Source: Laetmonice hystrix
Taxonomy: Eukaryota
NCBI GenBank assembly: GCA_965235115.1
Contig: OZ249436.1
Coordinates: forward strand, 34,288,001-34,352,000
Reading direction: 5' to 3'
DNA length: 64,000 nucleotides
Below the pieces are notes generated by a model, which worked only from the letters and a program-made list of their open reading frames with translations, was not told the origin of the DNA and searched no databases. Positions 1 through 13,000 of the stretch are shown one piece after another; the stretch's first letter is position 1, and each line of letters begins with the position of its first letter. The translations under genes were made by a program, and so were the position numbers.

Positions 1-1996
1 CCCCTGTCTCTTTCTCTCGCTATATGTTGAGTGTAGTAGGCCTACAAATGAAGGCAGGAAGCAGGAAAGGGGGTCACAAACTGCGCTATATTTTCCAGTC
101 AGAGCACAACTGGATCTTAATGTCTTTATCGAAACATGCGATTAAACTTAAACAATGTCAATCATTTAGGAATATTTTATATAGAAATATATTACTGATA
201 GTAATTATGGTAATAAACATGAGAACAAAAAGTATTGAGTTTCCGGTAGTGAACAATTTTAATGGATTCTGAATATTAATTTGATAGGTTGCCCTCTCCC
301 CTAGAAAAGGTATGTTTCAGACATGCCCAATATTGTGAATGTGTACATGTTGTGTTGAGCCGAGGGTTTGTGTTTGTATACATAAATAAATCCTCCTCCT
401 GTCCTCAGTCTGAAGTCTGTGTGAAAGACGTAGAGACAGGTTAGTAGTCTGGTGCATGGCTGCGGACAGTGTTTGGCTCTCAGTTGTCGTGGTCAGAACG
501 TCGCGCTGAAAGGAGGAGGGCACCGCCCGCGGCACATTGGTCAACAGCTCAAAAGGCTAATTACCCGTGGTCACCTTGGGGTCAGTGCTTGGTCCACACC
601 CAGCCCTGACCCCCAAACACCTCCCTGCAGCTATACTGACCACTGCAGGAACCTTTTTCTCTGTCTCTCCCTTGGCGGCGGCGGTGGTGGTGGTGGTGAA
701 GAGAACTGCTCCTTTTACATTCAGTTTACAGATTGAGTAGTGGAGAGTAAACGGCACGCAGGACTCGGTGTACAGGGGTTGTGGTCACTCGACAGAAGTC
801 CGACCCAACTCCCCCTTAAAGGTTCACTCCACCACTGCATGTCCATCAGCGCTGACCACCAAGTGGACAACTGCTGGCAGGCTGAAAGGCTTGCCCAGTG
901 GTCAGCGTTAATGTGGGACTAGCCAAACGGCACCTAATTGAGCAGACAATCAGGGGTCCAGCGAATAAACCCCCTAGCAGTTAATTCATTTACACCGTTT
1001 CATTACGCAGTGAGCAGCTAAAATCGGTGTTGGCGACTCGGCCCGGCAATGTGTTGGGCTTTGTGTGTGCTGCAGGTGTTGTCACCAGCTAGGCGAGTCA
1101 CTGAGATCTGTAATGACAGCTCCAGAACAGGACTTCATCACAGAGTTCTTGGTCTCTTTACCGTAACCGTAGCTGTTTTACAACACCAAGAATATGTAAA
1201 GATTTGCTAACTTTTGGCCCACCTTGATTGGTCTACCTGTAACTGTTCTACGCCCTCTCTATGGCATTGTTCTTGGGTAATGCCTCTATATCTAGCCTCT
1301 GTTATGGAAACACTAACCTTTTTTCACTGGAACATTAATTTTGTTCTATGTCTGTAAGACACTGAGCAGAAAACCATATTTTTCTCTGTTTTGTGAGTCG
1401 TTTGTAACACAGGGAGTCCCTACGGGAATACAGTGTTCATTGTTCCCTGTATACCTGGCGGGCGTGCGGCCAGACTTGTGTGCTTCACACATAATATCAC
1501 CCCACCCCCTCCATAGTTGTCCTTTATAACCTAATTGGATTACCACTAAAGGTAGAGTGATCTCCACCCACTTTAATCGTTATAGCAGTATTAATGGGTC
1601 TCTATAGTAGTCCTCTCTTTGATTACATTATGTAAACCCATCAATAGAGCATTACACCCACCTAGGAAGCTGTGTTACGAGCACTGATAGCAACAGACAA
1701 CATCGTACAGATCAAATGGTCGTTATGGTGGGGTGGCCCATTGTATGGCCGGACCCACCCCAACCCGTTTATGGTTGACATTTACCCGCTTTACGGCCCC
1801 CGTAATGGGAGTTTGGCGCCCCGTTTGGAGTGGTGTAATGATGCGGGGTTGGTTGGTCGGGTACGAGGGGGTTGGAACGGCGGGGGGGGGGGGAGCAGCC
1901 GTGACTGAGGAGGAGGGGGGGTGGATTTGAATGAAGCACATGCCGCGCAGGTGAGGGTGAGGCGAACACAGGTGACTTCCTATACTACCGAAAGAT

Positions 1997-2060
1997 AACA
2001 TATTACAAATGGAACATATTACAAATGGAACATATTACAAATGGAACATATTACAAATGG
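1997..2060. repeat. Tandem repeat, 4 x 16 bp (AACATATTACAAATGG)
   Basis: Four exact copies read directly. Confidence 0.95.
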
Positions 2061-5000
2061 AATGTTACATCTGCCGTACAGTTCCCATGGTCACGAACGT
2101 GATTCTGTAGTTTCAGATCTGAGCCTGTCTGGTACAGAGTATTAGCACAGCACAGTTTAGCGTCCAAAGCGGACCATAGGATTGAACACCTAGAAAGTTT
2201 TCTAGTTTAACGTTTTATATTCTGAATGTTTATCAGGCTTTGTTTGCGCTCTAATTGAGCCATCACGGCGTGAAGAAAATGATTTGAATTATATTCTCCC
2301 CAAATACCCGTCCTATATGTACCGTCACGGTGGCCGGATTATATACATCAAACCATCAGATGGTACTGACATACGTCTGTCCATCACGGTCGCCCCAACC
2401 TGACAGATCATTGTACATGTATATTAACCAAGCTCAACCTTGTCGGGCAAACACAAAAGGTGAGACAGGCAGATGAAAACGAAAAGCCACCTTTCTTGTT
2501 CTCCGTGCCTCTGTTTAGTCACACGGGTGAATGTTTGACACTTGGATGCTTGAGTGACCTTTGTACTTCAACCAACTGTAGGAGAATTAGCCGTGAGCCG
2601 CTTGTATAGGACGAACTAATGCCGAGCTTAGACCGACATGGGAAGTCATGAGTCGGCGGCGCGGCTGTAAGAATGTGGCTTTGATGTGTATGGGTTCACC
2701 ACAATGGTCGCAGAAGTCCGCCTTCGAGTGCTGTAGGTCAAAACAATCATTTTGCAAGTGTTCCTCGTCAGCAGTGTTTCTCTGTATGCCCCTGGACGCC
2801 TAACCATGCGTGAACTTTTACCAGTGCCACATCGAAAAAGGATGAGGCTTACCTTGACCAACTCTGGATGTGTGGGTATCACAGAAGTACGTCATAAAGT
2901 AAAACTAAACGGTAAACGGACATAAAGAATCATATTGCTGTATTATACTATATGTGTGGAGGTTACTCTGAAACGATTGTATGCTTAGGCTTATACTTAT
3001 AAAGAGAAATGAGAGAATGGAGGCACAAGTGGTGAGACTAAGGTAGAGAGAACTAATGAAAGGTTGAATGAGAGACTCAAAGAGGCAGAATAAAGATTCA
3101 TATTGATGTGTGTCCATTATAGCATGTTTTGATTTGAGCAGCAATAACGACCATAAACGAGGTCATTCCACCGTCAAAGCGTGCGAGTTTTTGTCAGCCG
3201 TGGTGAAATCGGATCAGCGGACACGTGTATGGATCATAAGGCTGACTTGAGGCATTGTGTTAGCACCTAGTGCAAGACGACTCGAACCTGGCCCTGCCAG
3301 ACCACGTCACTGATTGACACCAGATGGACATTAACCCCATATTCACCGCGAGTTACGGAACCATAGGTCTATCTATGACTATTCCGGGTCGTTTTACACG
3401 GTGGGGTTCAGCGTTCACAGCTGGACGTGTTTGGTGACCGATGTCGAAGGTGACCATGACGTCACTGGGGATGGAACCATCAGACTGACCACCACCCTTC
3501 TCGCTGATTGGCAAGTCGGTATTAACGAATATAAATGTGGATGCATGACGTAACGTCTTCAACCGAAGAATATGAATGCTTCTGTTGCCTGTCGTAAATT
3601 TGGTAGATTTAGATCTATCTGTATTTGAGGTGCAGCAATTGTCGGATCTTACATTGTTGGTGCGGGACCACATCCTTTGAAGCCAATTTGCTTATTAACA
3701 ATACACAGACAATGTCCCCATTCAATAGGCGCTGTTCAAGGCCACAATGTAGTCATATTTCGGGACATTATGGGTATAGAGATCTTATTTCAGTGGGATA
3801 ACGAGAGCTGTTGATGTGGTCAGGGAGTAAGTTGTTATCACGACCGCTGTAGTTTGACACGTGCAGCGCTCACCATGGCGACCAGCCACCAGACACGTCT
3901 TCCGGAAGAACGTGCATAGCCTACATGACCTCTCGTCAAATCTCACGACGTGTAACGTTATCCTCGTGATGACGTAGGTCCGGTGTCACTGTCCGGCTGC
4001 GGTTCAGAGAGTAGGCCAGACACAGCCCTGGAACGGCTGTCGGCGTACAGTCTAGGCCTCATTCTAGGCCTAGGTCATCACTACACGAGTGTGTCTACCT
4101 GAAGAAGACCGGGGGGGGGGGGGGGGGTTCTAGTAAAAAAGGGTTGTAGTATTAGTAGCCTATGCCAAACAGACCTAACGTCTGGAATATTGGTAGTTCC
4201 GATATGCTCGCTTTATTATTTTGCTCATGCGGTAATGTTTTGATGGTTGACCCTCTATGCCCTGTTTATCAATTGTGGCCCTATTATTTCTGTATAATCC
4301 ACGACTTTACCTGGACCCAAACAGTAGATAAGACGGCCACTGGGGACGTCTAGAGTCTCACCATGATATATCGTCCTCCGGCCACATTCAAGGTGTTGGG
4401 CCGATTGAACGGAAAGATACATACTGAGAAACAGCGAGACGCTTTCCACTTAACTTAGTCTATTGATTGTTTCCAAAGCGTATTGTTCGGGGTCAAGGGA
4501 TAAAAAAAGGTCGGAGCTACAATATAGGTCAACCGTGGAGAAAGGAGGCTACGGTTGACGGGTTGCTGATGTTAAATGTAGCGCTCTGTCCATTTTTTTC
4601 ATATAGTGTCTGCATTATTGTGTTGTTGTCTTTTGGATCGTTTTAACGATGTTATTTGGAATCCCAGTCGAATCATCGATAAAATGTAATTAGCGATATA
4701 ATTACTTTGATAACAAAATGATGGTTTTTATTCAACATAAAGCAAGGACACCTATAGGCAGGGTCACATTGTACTTGCACAGTGCGGTTTGTTTTCCAGC
4801 ATTTTGTATTTAAAACCGGTCTATATAGGCTATATGTTTATCTCGTAGATGGGGCAGGGGCTATAGCTAGCTAACTCCCTCACTGGTATTCTGCAGAATC
4901 ATCGACAGAAGTGAATTATATATTAAGGGATTCTGAGCACTATGCCTACCCAATAGGTGGGCACATAATCATCTTAATTCCTTTATTCAACACTCATATC

Positions 5001-8000
5001 TAATATCCTTTAATCATATATAAAATATATAGTATCGTATACCTGTAGTGAGAGTTGCCCAGGTGAGCCGATTCACATAGCTTAGAAATCTGTAGAGTCA
5101 CACTGTTTGGGTGGCATGACGTCACATAAATCATGGCCTACCATCTCGCATTATTGCACGTCACGGATTCACGCATGCGTAGACCCACTTGTCTAGGTTG
5201 ACTGAACATACGTACAAGTCTGTATTATGGTGTCGGAATTAGGTGTAATGTAGCCTGTAACAGGTGGACATTGAGGAGAGCGATTCCCGCGCGCAGACCA
5301 TTAAATATTCTAACGGTAACAGTCATTATCGCCGCGGTCCTCAATAGGTATACAAGTGGTGGTTGAACCCCTCAGAACAACGTGCGTGTTTTTTTTCACA
5401 CGTTCTTTGTCAATCAAACCATTTGGTGTGGAACAGGCGTATTTCAACTATGCAGTGGGTTCATTTTGGAATGTGTAATAAAATGTTTCTGTAAATACAA
5501 CAAAAGAACTGAGATAAACCGGGGGAGTTGTTCCTTACATTCCTTGTCTTGTAAATGATTTATCCATAAGATGAAATAATATAACTAACCCCTGTTCTGC
5601 CTGCATGTGTATCGGATGCTGCATTCAAATACACACGGTATAAGACTTTCTCAGTTATTATTCACTTTTACAACAACCTTTAGCGGAAGAAAACCTATCA
5701 AGACTCATTATTTTCTGTATATATCTGTAGGGTTTTTTGATACTATCCAATCTTTGGAGTATATGTTTTGTGATCCTTACATGAACTTTTAGGACATCTG
5801 CATTAACCAAGTAAATTAGAAAGGAATACATTGTTTGGGCTCGGTATTAATGGAATATATTCATGCACATATATCATTATCAAAGTCCGCCACCCCGGGC
5901 GCCTTTCAAAATGCCCTCCTGCAGATTTCCAGGTGCAACACACGAAATCATTCGGAAAAATGGCGGGCAAACACGACCGTGTCAACAAGGGGAAGTGTTA
6001 GTATGTGATGTTTGTATCTCATTCACCCGCCAATCGGCTTGGCGAACTCTATACTTCAGAACTCACAATAACGGGGTGGCTATTCTACCAGCCACCATCT
6101 GCGTATAGCACTGCACGCGGCCCGTACCAATATAATGTTAAACCACTTTCAAACGGTACATGCCCTGACCATTGCGAGTCAAGATACCGTGATCTAATAT
6201 TCATAACTGCATGTAATGGCACATTGTGTCGCCTTGGCGTGTCACGACCTTCGCCAACGACACGTTATGCTCAAATAGAACGGCTCTTATTCGTCCATCC
6301 GCGACGGCTGGGGTTTCTTCTGGTGGCCAATTCATGTGCTTTTTTTTCTGGCTGCCGGTTAGGGCAAACAGCAAGCGGTTGAAGGCCATTATATGCCGTT
6401 ATGTCTCGTTATCGACATGCACGCTCATTCCTTACGGCAGTATTGAGTCTAGATCAAAGGGACCTGAATGCACAGTCACGGCACTTGCCACCCCAAGGAA
6501 GCCAGGTGTAAACTCGCCCAGGTCTCTCGGAGCTACACCTGGGTCAACGTAAAGGTCGCTTCCATTATAATCTACCTTTCCCTCTTTAATAAGGGTCGAT
6601 TGTTGTCTGGGAGAGCAAGTATAGGGGGGCAGTCACACTTTGGTGATGTGGACTTCATGTTTGACCGTCGGTTGGTTCGGTCCATGAAGTGCCCCTCCGT
6701 ATTTGTATAATTCTCCATATTAGATATTCATGTAAGCCAAACTTTTTTGTCACAGAAAGATGGAATAATAAGTTATAAAATTACAGTCTAAATGTCCGAA
6801 GCCCGTAAACAACCAATACCAGCTAACGTCGTAATGCATGACGTCTGGATGGACGCGCAGGCTTGTCCTTATTTCCGGTCAAGAGGCTGTCTCTGCGAGT
6901 TGTCGAGTGTCCCCCAGAGCCTGCCGACGTCACGGACGTACATGTCGTCAGGAGTGGTCGATTGTGAAGAGGGTCGGTCCATGTCCACGTCACGGACACC
7001 GAATGATCATAAAAGGCCAAGACCGGGGAGCAGCGGTCAGGTCATCGGATCGGACTGTCCTGCTTGCCCGCCCATCGACTGCCCAGCCCTCTGTTGACGC
7101 TTCACAGCGTGCTCGGTGGCCGTCGGGTATTGGGAATCTATGGTCAGTGTCAGGTGGCAAAGTGCGGTGCCTTTGACGGTGAGAGGGGGGGCTATCAGAT
7201 GGCCAAGGCGAACGGCCCCAAGGCACGACCACCACCACATCTAAGACGGCCATCTCGTCCGTGCGCTACCTGCCGGGCATAGCGGGCCCCGAGTTAATCG
7301 GCATAAAGCGGCATTTTACAAGGAACACTTGTATGAATAGGTTAAGCAGGCCGCGAGTATTGAACCGGGGGCCAGGCAGACCACGCCGGGCCTCTGGTGG
7401 CCGGACAGGTGCGAGTGAGCCCTCCCAGTGTATGTGATGAGGATGATGAGACGTGGTAACTCCTGAAAAACACCGAGGTCCACATTTCTCCATCAGGGCG
7501 TTTTTTTCTATTTCCCAGAGCTGAACAGCTATCTCTGCCCCCGAGCTCAGATGGGGAGCTCTATAACATCCATTAACACCATAATTTGTACACGTGTGTA
7601 TATAGGGGTGTGTTAACACGTAAGTTTGGGGGTATGTGTGAAACCTTAAGTGAGATTTAGAGTGGTTCAACATGAGAGAAAACCCCGCTATATAAGTGGA
7701 ATCCTTGAGGCATATTATACAAATAGGGAGTAACTACAGATAAGGTAAGAAATGAGGCGATTCCCGTGACCTTAAATTTTAAGGCAATGACCTTTTTAAG
7801 TTAAAAGGGATTTTGCCTGTCGACTTAAAAATGTAATATCTTGCTCTGCAGTTAATGGTGTGCAGTAACGCTGCAAAAATACTTACAACTATATATTAAC
7901 GTCAAACCGTTTAGAATTTGAAATGAAGCCTGGCATTAAAATGCCAACGTAATTACAGGTATACTCACCATATTTAACATTCAATCTATTATTTTCCTTG

Positions 8001-9117
8001 GTATAACATAGATCTATACATATGTAGGTATAACGGTATACATATGAACTCCCTCATATAACGGTATACACCTACTCCCTCGTGTGCGATTTGGATTTAA
8101 CCCTACAATATTAACGTAATAATTCACTTTGGAAAATGTGTTTGCGGCTAGAAGCATGTTAAACTTTGACACATTTGACTGTTATTGCTAATGTACTTTT
8201 CAATCTACTTATATACGATACTAGAGGCTATATACGCCAAGACCTCAGACCCAGCCCGTATATAACATCCTCAAGCTACTCTCTGTGAGGGCTGAGGTAG
8301 AGCGAGTCACGCATTCGGTCGGTCCGGTCGATGGTGGTCGGCGGATTGCATGAGAGGGGTGCTCACATGGTGATCGACCGACAACGTTAGAGGTATCTGG
8401 TTATGTTTGTAGAATCAAAGTGCTGACATCAGTGTCAACACTGGGCACGCATGTCGTTGTGGACCATGTCACGCTCGCCTTAAGCTTTTCCGAGTAGGCA
8501 CAGGGCCCGGGCTTTTTAAAGTGGCAGTAGGGTGGGGCGTTTAATTCGATCATCGACCTGAGAGCGAAAGGCCAGCCAGGCATACGCCGATTCGTGAACT
8601 TTTGTTTCACCCCGGAACCTCACCAGCTGCCGGGAGAGAGGAGAAGGGAATCGAAGTGCCTATGGTTATCATGAAGGCAGAGACTACAAGCTATACGGTA
8701 ACGGTAACGGTAACGAGCCGGCGTAATGTAGAGCTATCGATTGTCATATTATATGCACAAGGAAAACGGGGGAATGTCAGTGTTTTCATTTCCTTCAGCC
8801 TCGTATCGACCTGGACAGACCTTCATGCTGTTTCACCATTATAATATTTGACCTAGGCTGATTCTCCCAACCCTCAACCACCCACCCACAAACTACATTA
8901 ACGGGAACTGTTTGTTTTTAGTCTAGTTTTTCTTTTCCTCAGTATATTGATGTTTACTTAGTTGTACCATTCAACAAAGTTTAAATACATCTTTAAATGC
9001 AACACCGCTACAATGGCAAGGGTCAGGTATAGGTCCATTATCCTTGGAATGGCTATTGTCCTTTATCATCAAGATTCTGGAGGCATATGGCACAGTCAAA
9101 CATGATTTCAGCAGAGC

Positions 9118-9138
9118 TCCCCTCCCTCCCCTCATTCA

Positions 9139-9177
<39 letters not shown>

Positions 9178-9338
9178 CCTCTCCCTCTCTCTCCCTCCCT
9201 CCCTCTCCCTCTCTCTCTCCCCTCTCTCTCTCCCATCTCTTCCTCTCTCTCCCTCTCTCTCTGTCTCTCTCTCCTCTCTCCCTCTCTCTCTCCCTCTCAC
9301 TCTCCCTCCCTCTCTCTCCCTCTCTCTGTCTCCCTCTA

Positions 9339-9404
<66 letters not shown>

Positions 9405-9452
9405 TCTCTCTCTCTCCCTCTCTCTCCCCTCTCTCCCCCATCTCTTCCTCTT
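9118..9452. repeat. Compound (CT)n/(CCCT)n/(CTGT)n microsatellite
   Basis: Near-pure pyrimidine tract; it explains the spurious SL/ER-rich ORFs. Confidence 0.95.
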
Positions 9453-9852
9453 CCCGTTTCGGTTTCAGTTCCTCTCCATTGAGTTTCACCTTTGTCCACT
9501 ATTGATCGTTTGTAATTGGAGAAGGGCCAAAGTCAAACGCCACATCGACACACGAATCTGGGAGACGGCAGTGAATGAACGCCCCTTTATATGCCATTGT
9601 TTACCCATGTCTTCAATGGTGCACAGAGTTCGCAACCAAGCACCAGACGAGTGATGAGCACGAGTCGCTTGCATTGATATACAGGCTGTAATCATATTGC
9701 GTTAACATTGTCATGGATATCGTCGTAGACATTATGTACGGAGCAGTGGATTCTTGAAACCATATACTCTGACTCTATAGGGGCACATCATATCAAAGGT
9801 TTACAACGAGCAATGTATGATATATGAGATGTGTTATCGGATAATTGTGTGC

Positions 9853-9864
9853 AGAGAGAGAGAG

Positions 9865-9897
<33 letters not shown>

Positions 9898-10056
9898 GAG
9901 ACAGAGACAGAGACAGACAGAGAGCGACAGATGAGGATAAAGACAGAGAGAGAGACAGACAGACCGAGAGACAGACAGAGAGCGAAAGATGCAGAGAAAG
10001 ACAGAGAGAAAGAAAGAGAGAGAGACAGACAGACAGACAGAGAGGGAGAGACAGAC
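9853..10056. repeat. Compound (GA)n/(GACA)n/(GAGACA)n microsatellite
   Basis: Read directly. Confidence 0.95.
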
Positions 10057-13000
10057 ATGTTACGAGGGCAGACATTCTGGTTGAGTGTCATTGTTCATGT
10101 TACATTCTCAGACACTTTTGACACATCGAGGTCGCCCAGATCTTCTATAGCCCGGGTACATCGAGAGAGTCTCTCTCTCTCCTGCTTACAACCAACCACC
10201 CGGCGGTTGGTCATTAACGTTGAACCACGGATTTTATCAGAAACGTTTAATTGGTGAAAGTTCCCTCACACCGGTTCGTTTAACGTTGGCGAGGGTTGTC
10301 GCGAACGAAGTGTGTGCCTGAATGGCATGCCACAAAAAGACAGGTGATTAGTGTATAATGGTCCTCTACCTGACGGCAACCAATGACAATGGACATCGTT
10401 AGGTAGAGCCATATCCACCCCGCCGTCATATAGCTTCATTAGGAGCATGACTGCTATCACTGACAGAAACAAGAGTCCTCTCATTTGTACCCCATTGCAT
10501 GTATTCCAATTTAACACGGTTAAATTTGGAGAGTGAAAAATGCGCCATAAATTGGATCTTCCACAATTCATTCTTACAATTTAGATCCGACAGTGTTAGA
10601 TTAAATCTAGCCGCATACAAAAGATTGACGTAATTGTTCCACGAAGATTATATTTTACGCCATAGAAGACAATGTTATGTAATTAAAGCTGACCTGGGAC
10701 TTCATACACGGCGAGTAAGTCAAGACGGAGACATGGCGGAGTTCATATACTGGCAAGTAGGGAACCAAGAGATAATTGGTCCAAGCTATGGCAAACTTAA
10801 ACGGAATTGACGAAACTAACTTCATCATGTTGGGTAAAAACCGATCTGACGTAATGCGCAGGAGCTGCACAAGATGATATGAACCAAACGATTTAAGAAT
10901 ATTCCCCCCTTTTTTTTCTTTTACGGAAATTCCAATCTTGGAAATTGACAGGCCTTTGTAACCCTAAGAAGGAATGCAGTTTGCGGGTGGAAATTGGCGG
11001 TGGAACCCTGAGGCGACACTGGCACGGCAGTGTGAACGAGATGTAATCATGTATGTCCGCAGAAAACATGGCATGACTGCCTGCTGGTATACAGTGCGTA
11101 AAATAATCACCTCCAGTCATTTCCAAGGCGACAAAAAGGTAATTAAGCTAGTGTTACCCGATACGTAATAAGGCAATGAACGGGGGGCCTGGTTTGTTGA
11201 TTGCATACATTAGGATGGCGTAGCTTGATGTTTCAAGAGCTCGTTGTGAAATACGGGACAAACACCCTGTCGTTACCCGGTGCGACCGTGACTGGATCAT
11301 AACCAACCACTTTGAGAAAGTTCAGCCAAAGTTAGCTGACTTACGCTGCAACAAAGATTATCTATACAACCTGCATGCATATCTCTGTATGTAATGTATG
11401 TACATACATAAGATTATAAACTCCCTTAAAAGGTACAGGCATATAAAGAGTTCAGATTTGGAGGGGGATTCAAGTTTTAGGCGTGGAGTCAATGGCATGG
11501 GAAGCTAAGACCGTGGCTGTGGACAAACAGATGATGTAAACTCCCCCAGTGCGGAAAGCGAACAGGCCTGCAGTTTGTTACAGAACAAAGAGTAGCAAAA
11601 ATCGATTTTCTTTGACACATCCTTTGTAATTCTTGTGTCGCGCACGTAACGAATACATCAGTTCGAGCGATGCAATAATTTTAACACGAATACCATGTTT
11701 TATGATTTAAATGATGGTCACACTACTAAAGCGATTGAATAGCGATGCATTGTAGCGACGTCATCAAAGCCTTTCGCCTTTGAAGGTCCTTGTACGTTTT
11801 TCTCTCTACTGACTGGCCTGAAAGTGATACGTCATGATTGATGTCGAGACTTCCGGTTGTGAGAGGCTAGTGAGTGCGGACTTATTTGACGGCTTCCGTT
11901 TCCTTGACGTAGCCACTGGCGCATCTTGATTTTATTCGTAAAACCTGAAATAATATTACGATCACACCGAATGTATTATCTTCTATATATTACACGTTCC
12001 GAATGCTATCGGTGGAAAGAGAGCTATCTGGTTTGCTAAATACTCCTTTTCTTCATGGTCAAAAACTTATAAATGATTATTATAATAATGCGTATTTCGT
12101 AACACCAGTTGAAGTTATAATTGTTAAAGTTTAAAATCAAAGTGTATATCATTGGAACAATAGATACTTTATCTGCATGATGTTTTATTTATTAATAGAA
12201 GTAAGTAATAAGGTATTGTTTCTCTTGTTTTGACTTTATGTTTACACATCTAGACATCTCATATAAACAACACATACGCAGGTAAACATCGAACTCAGTC
12301 ATCCATGCACTTGCTAGGGAACTCGCTCACAAGATCATACTGTCATTCACTGACTCATTTAATGAAGTAGTTACGTATCTCAAATTAACCGCAGGAGCTT
12401 GAGGTCTCACGCGGCAAATTCTAGTCTAAGGGCGGAAGGGTGGGGGGTCAGTGTGGCCCCTGGATGGTGCCATTGTTTGGTTAACCTATCACCCCACCAC
12501 CACCCGACACCCCCGACCTTTCAACCCTCCACACCCCATCTCCAGGTACTCAATACGAAAAATGATTATTTGACGTCCTCCAATTACGTCACCAATGGAA
12601 GATAAAATTCACTAATTTCACTCAATTAGCCGAATAATTGCTGGACTTAAAGAATCTCCAATGCTTTTAAAATCCGAGTCTCTTTGCAGTCACTCGCCAC
12701 TTCACATTGTTTTGTGCAATTTCATAATGATAATTATTATTTTGTGCAGTGGGCGAGGGAGATATAAAAACACGGCTGAGTGAGATAAATATCTGAGATT
12801 GATGTCTGTAAGATTGTATAAGATATATCCCTCAGTTAAACAACTTTATCTGACCATCAATGGATGGCAATCTCTATAACAGCAGGAACTTCTCCTGTTT
12901 ATTGTAGGTGGCGCTGCGGCAGCACGGCTGAATGACCTCAGCGTAGAGACCTGGCCCTACGACCTCAGACTCGGCTGTCGGCGTCACCTCCACACGGTGC

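Noticed and set aside
9044..10257. SL/ER/DR-rich ORFs
   Set aside because: They are translations of microsatellites.
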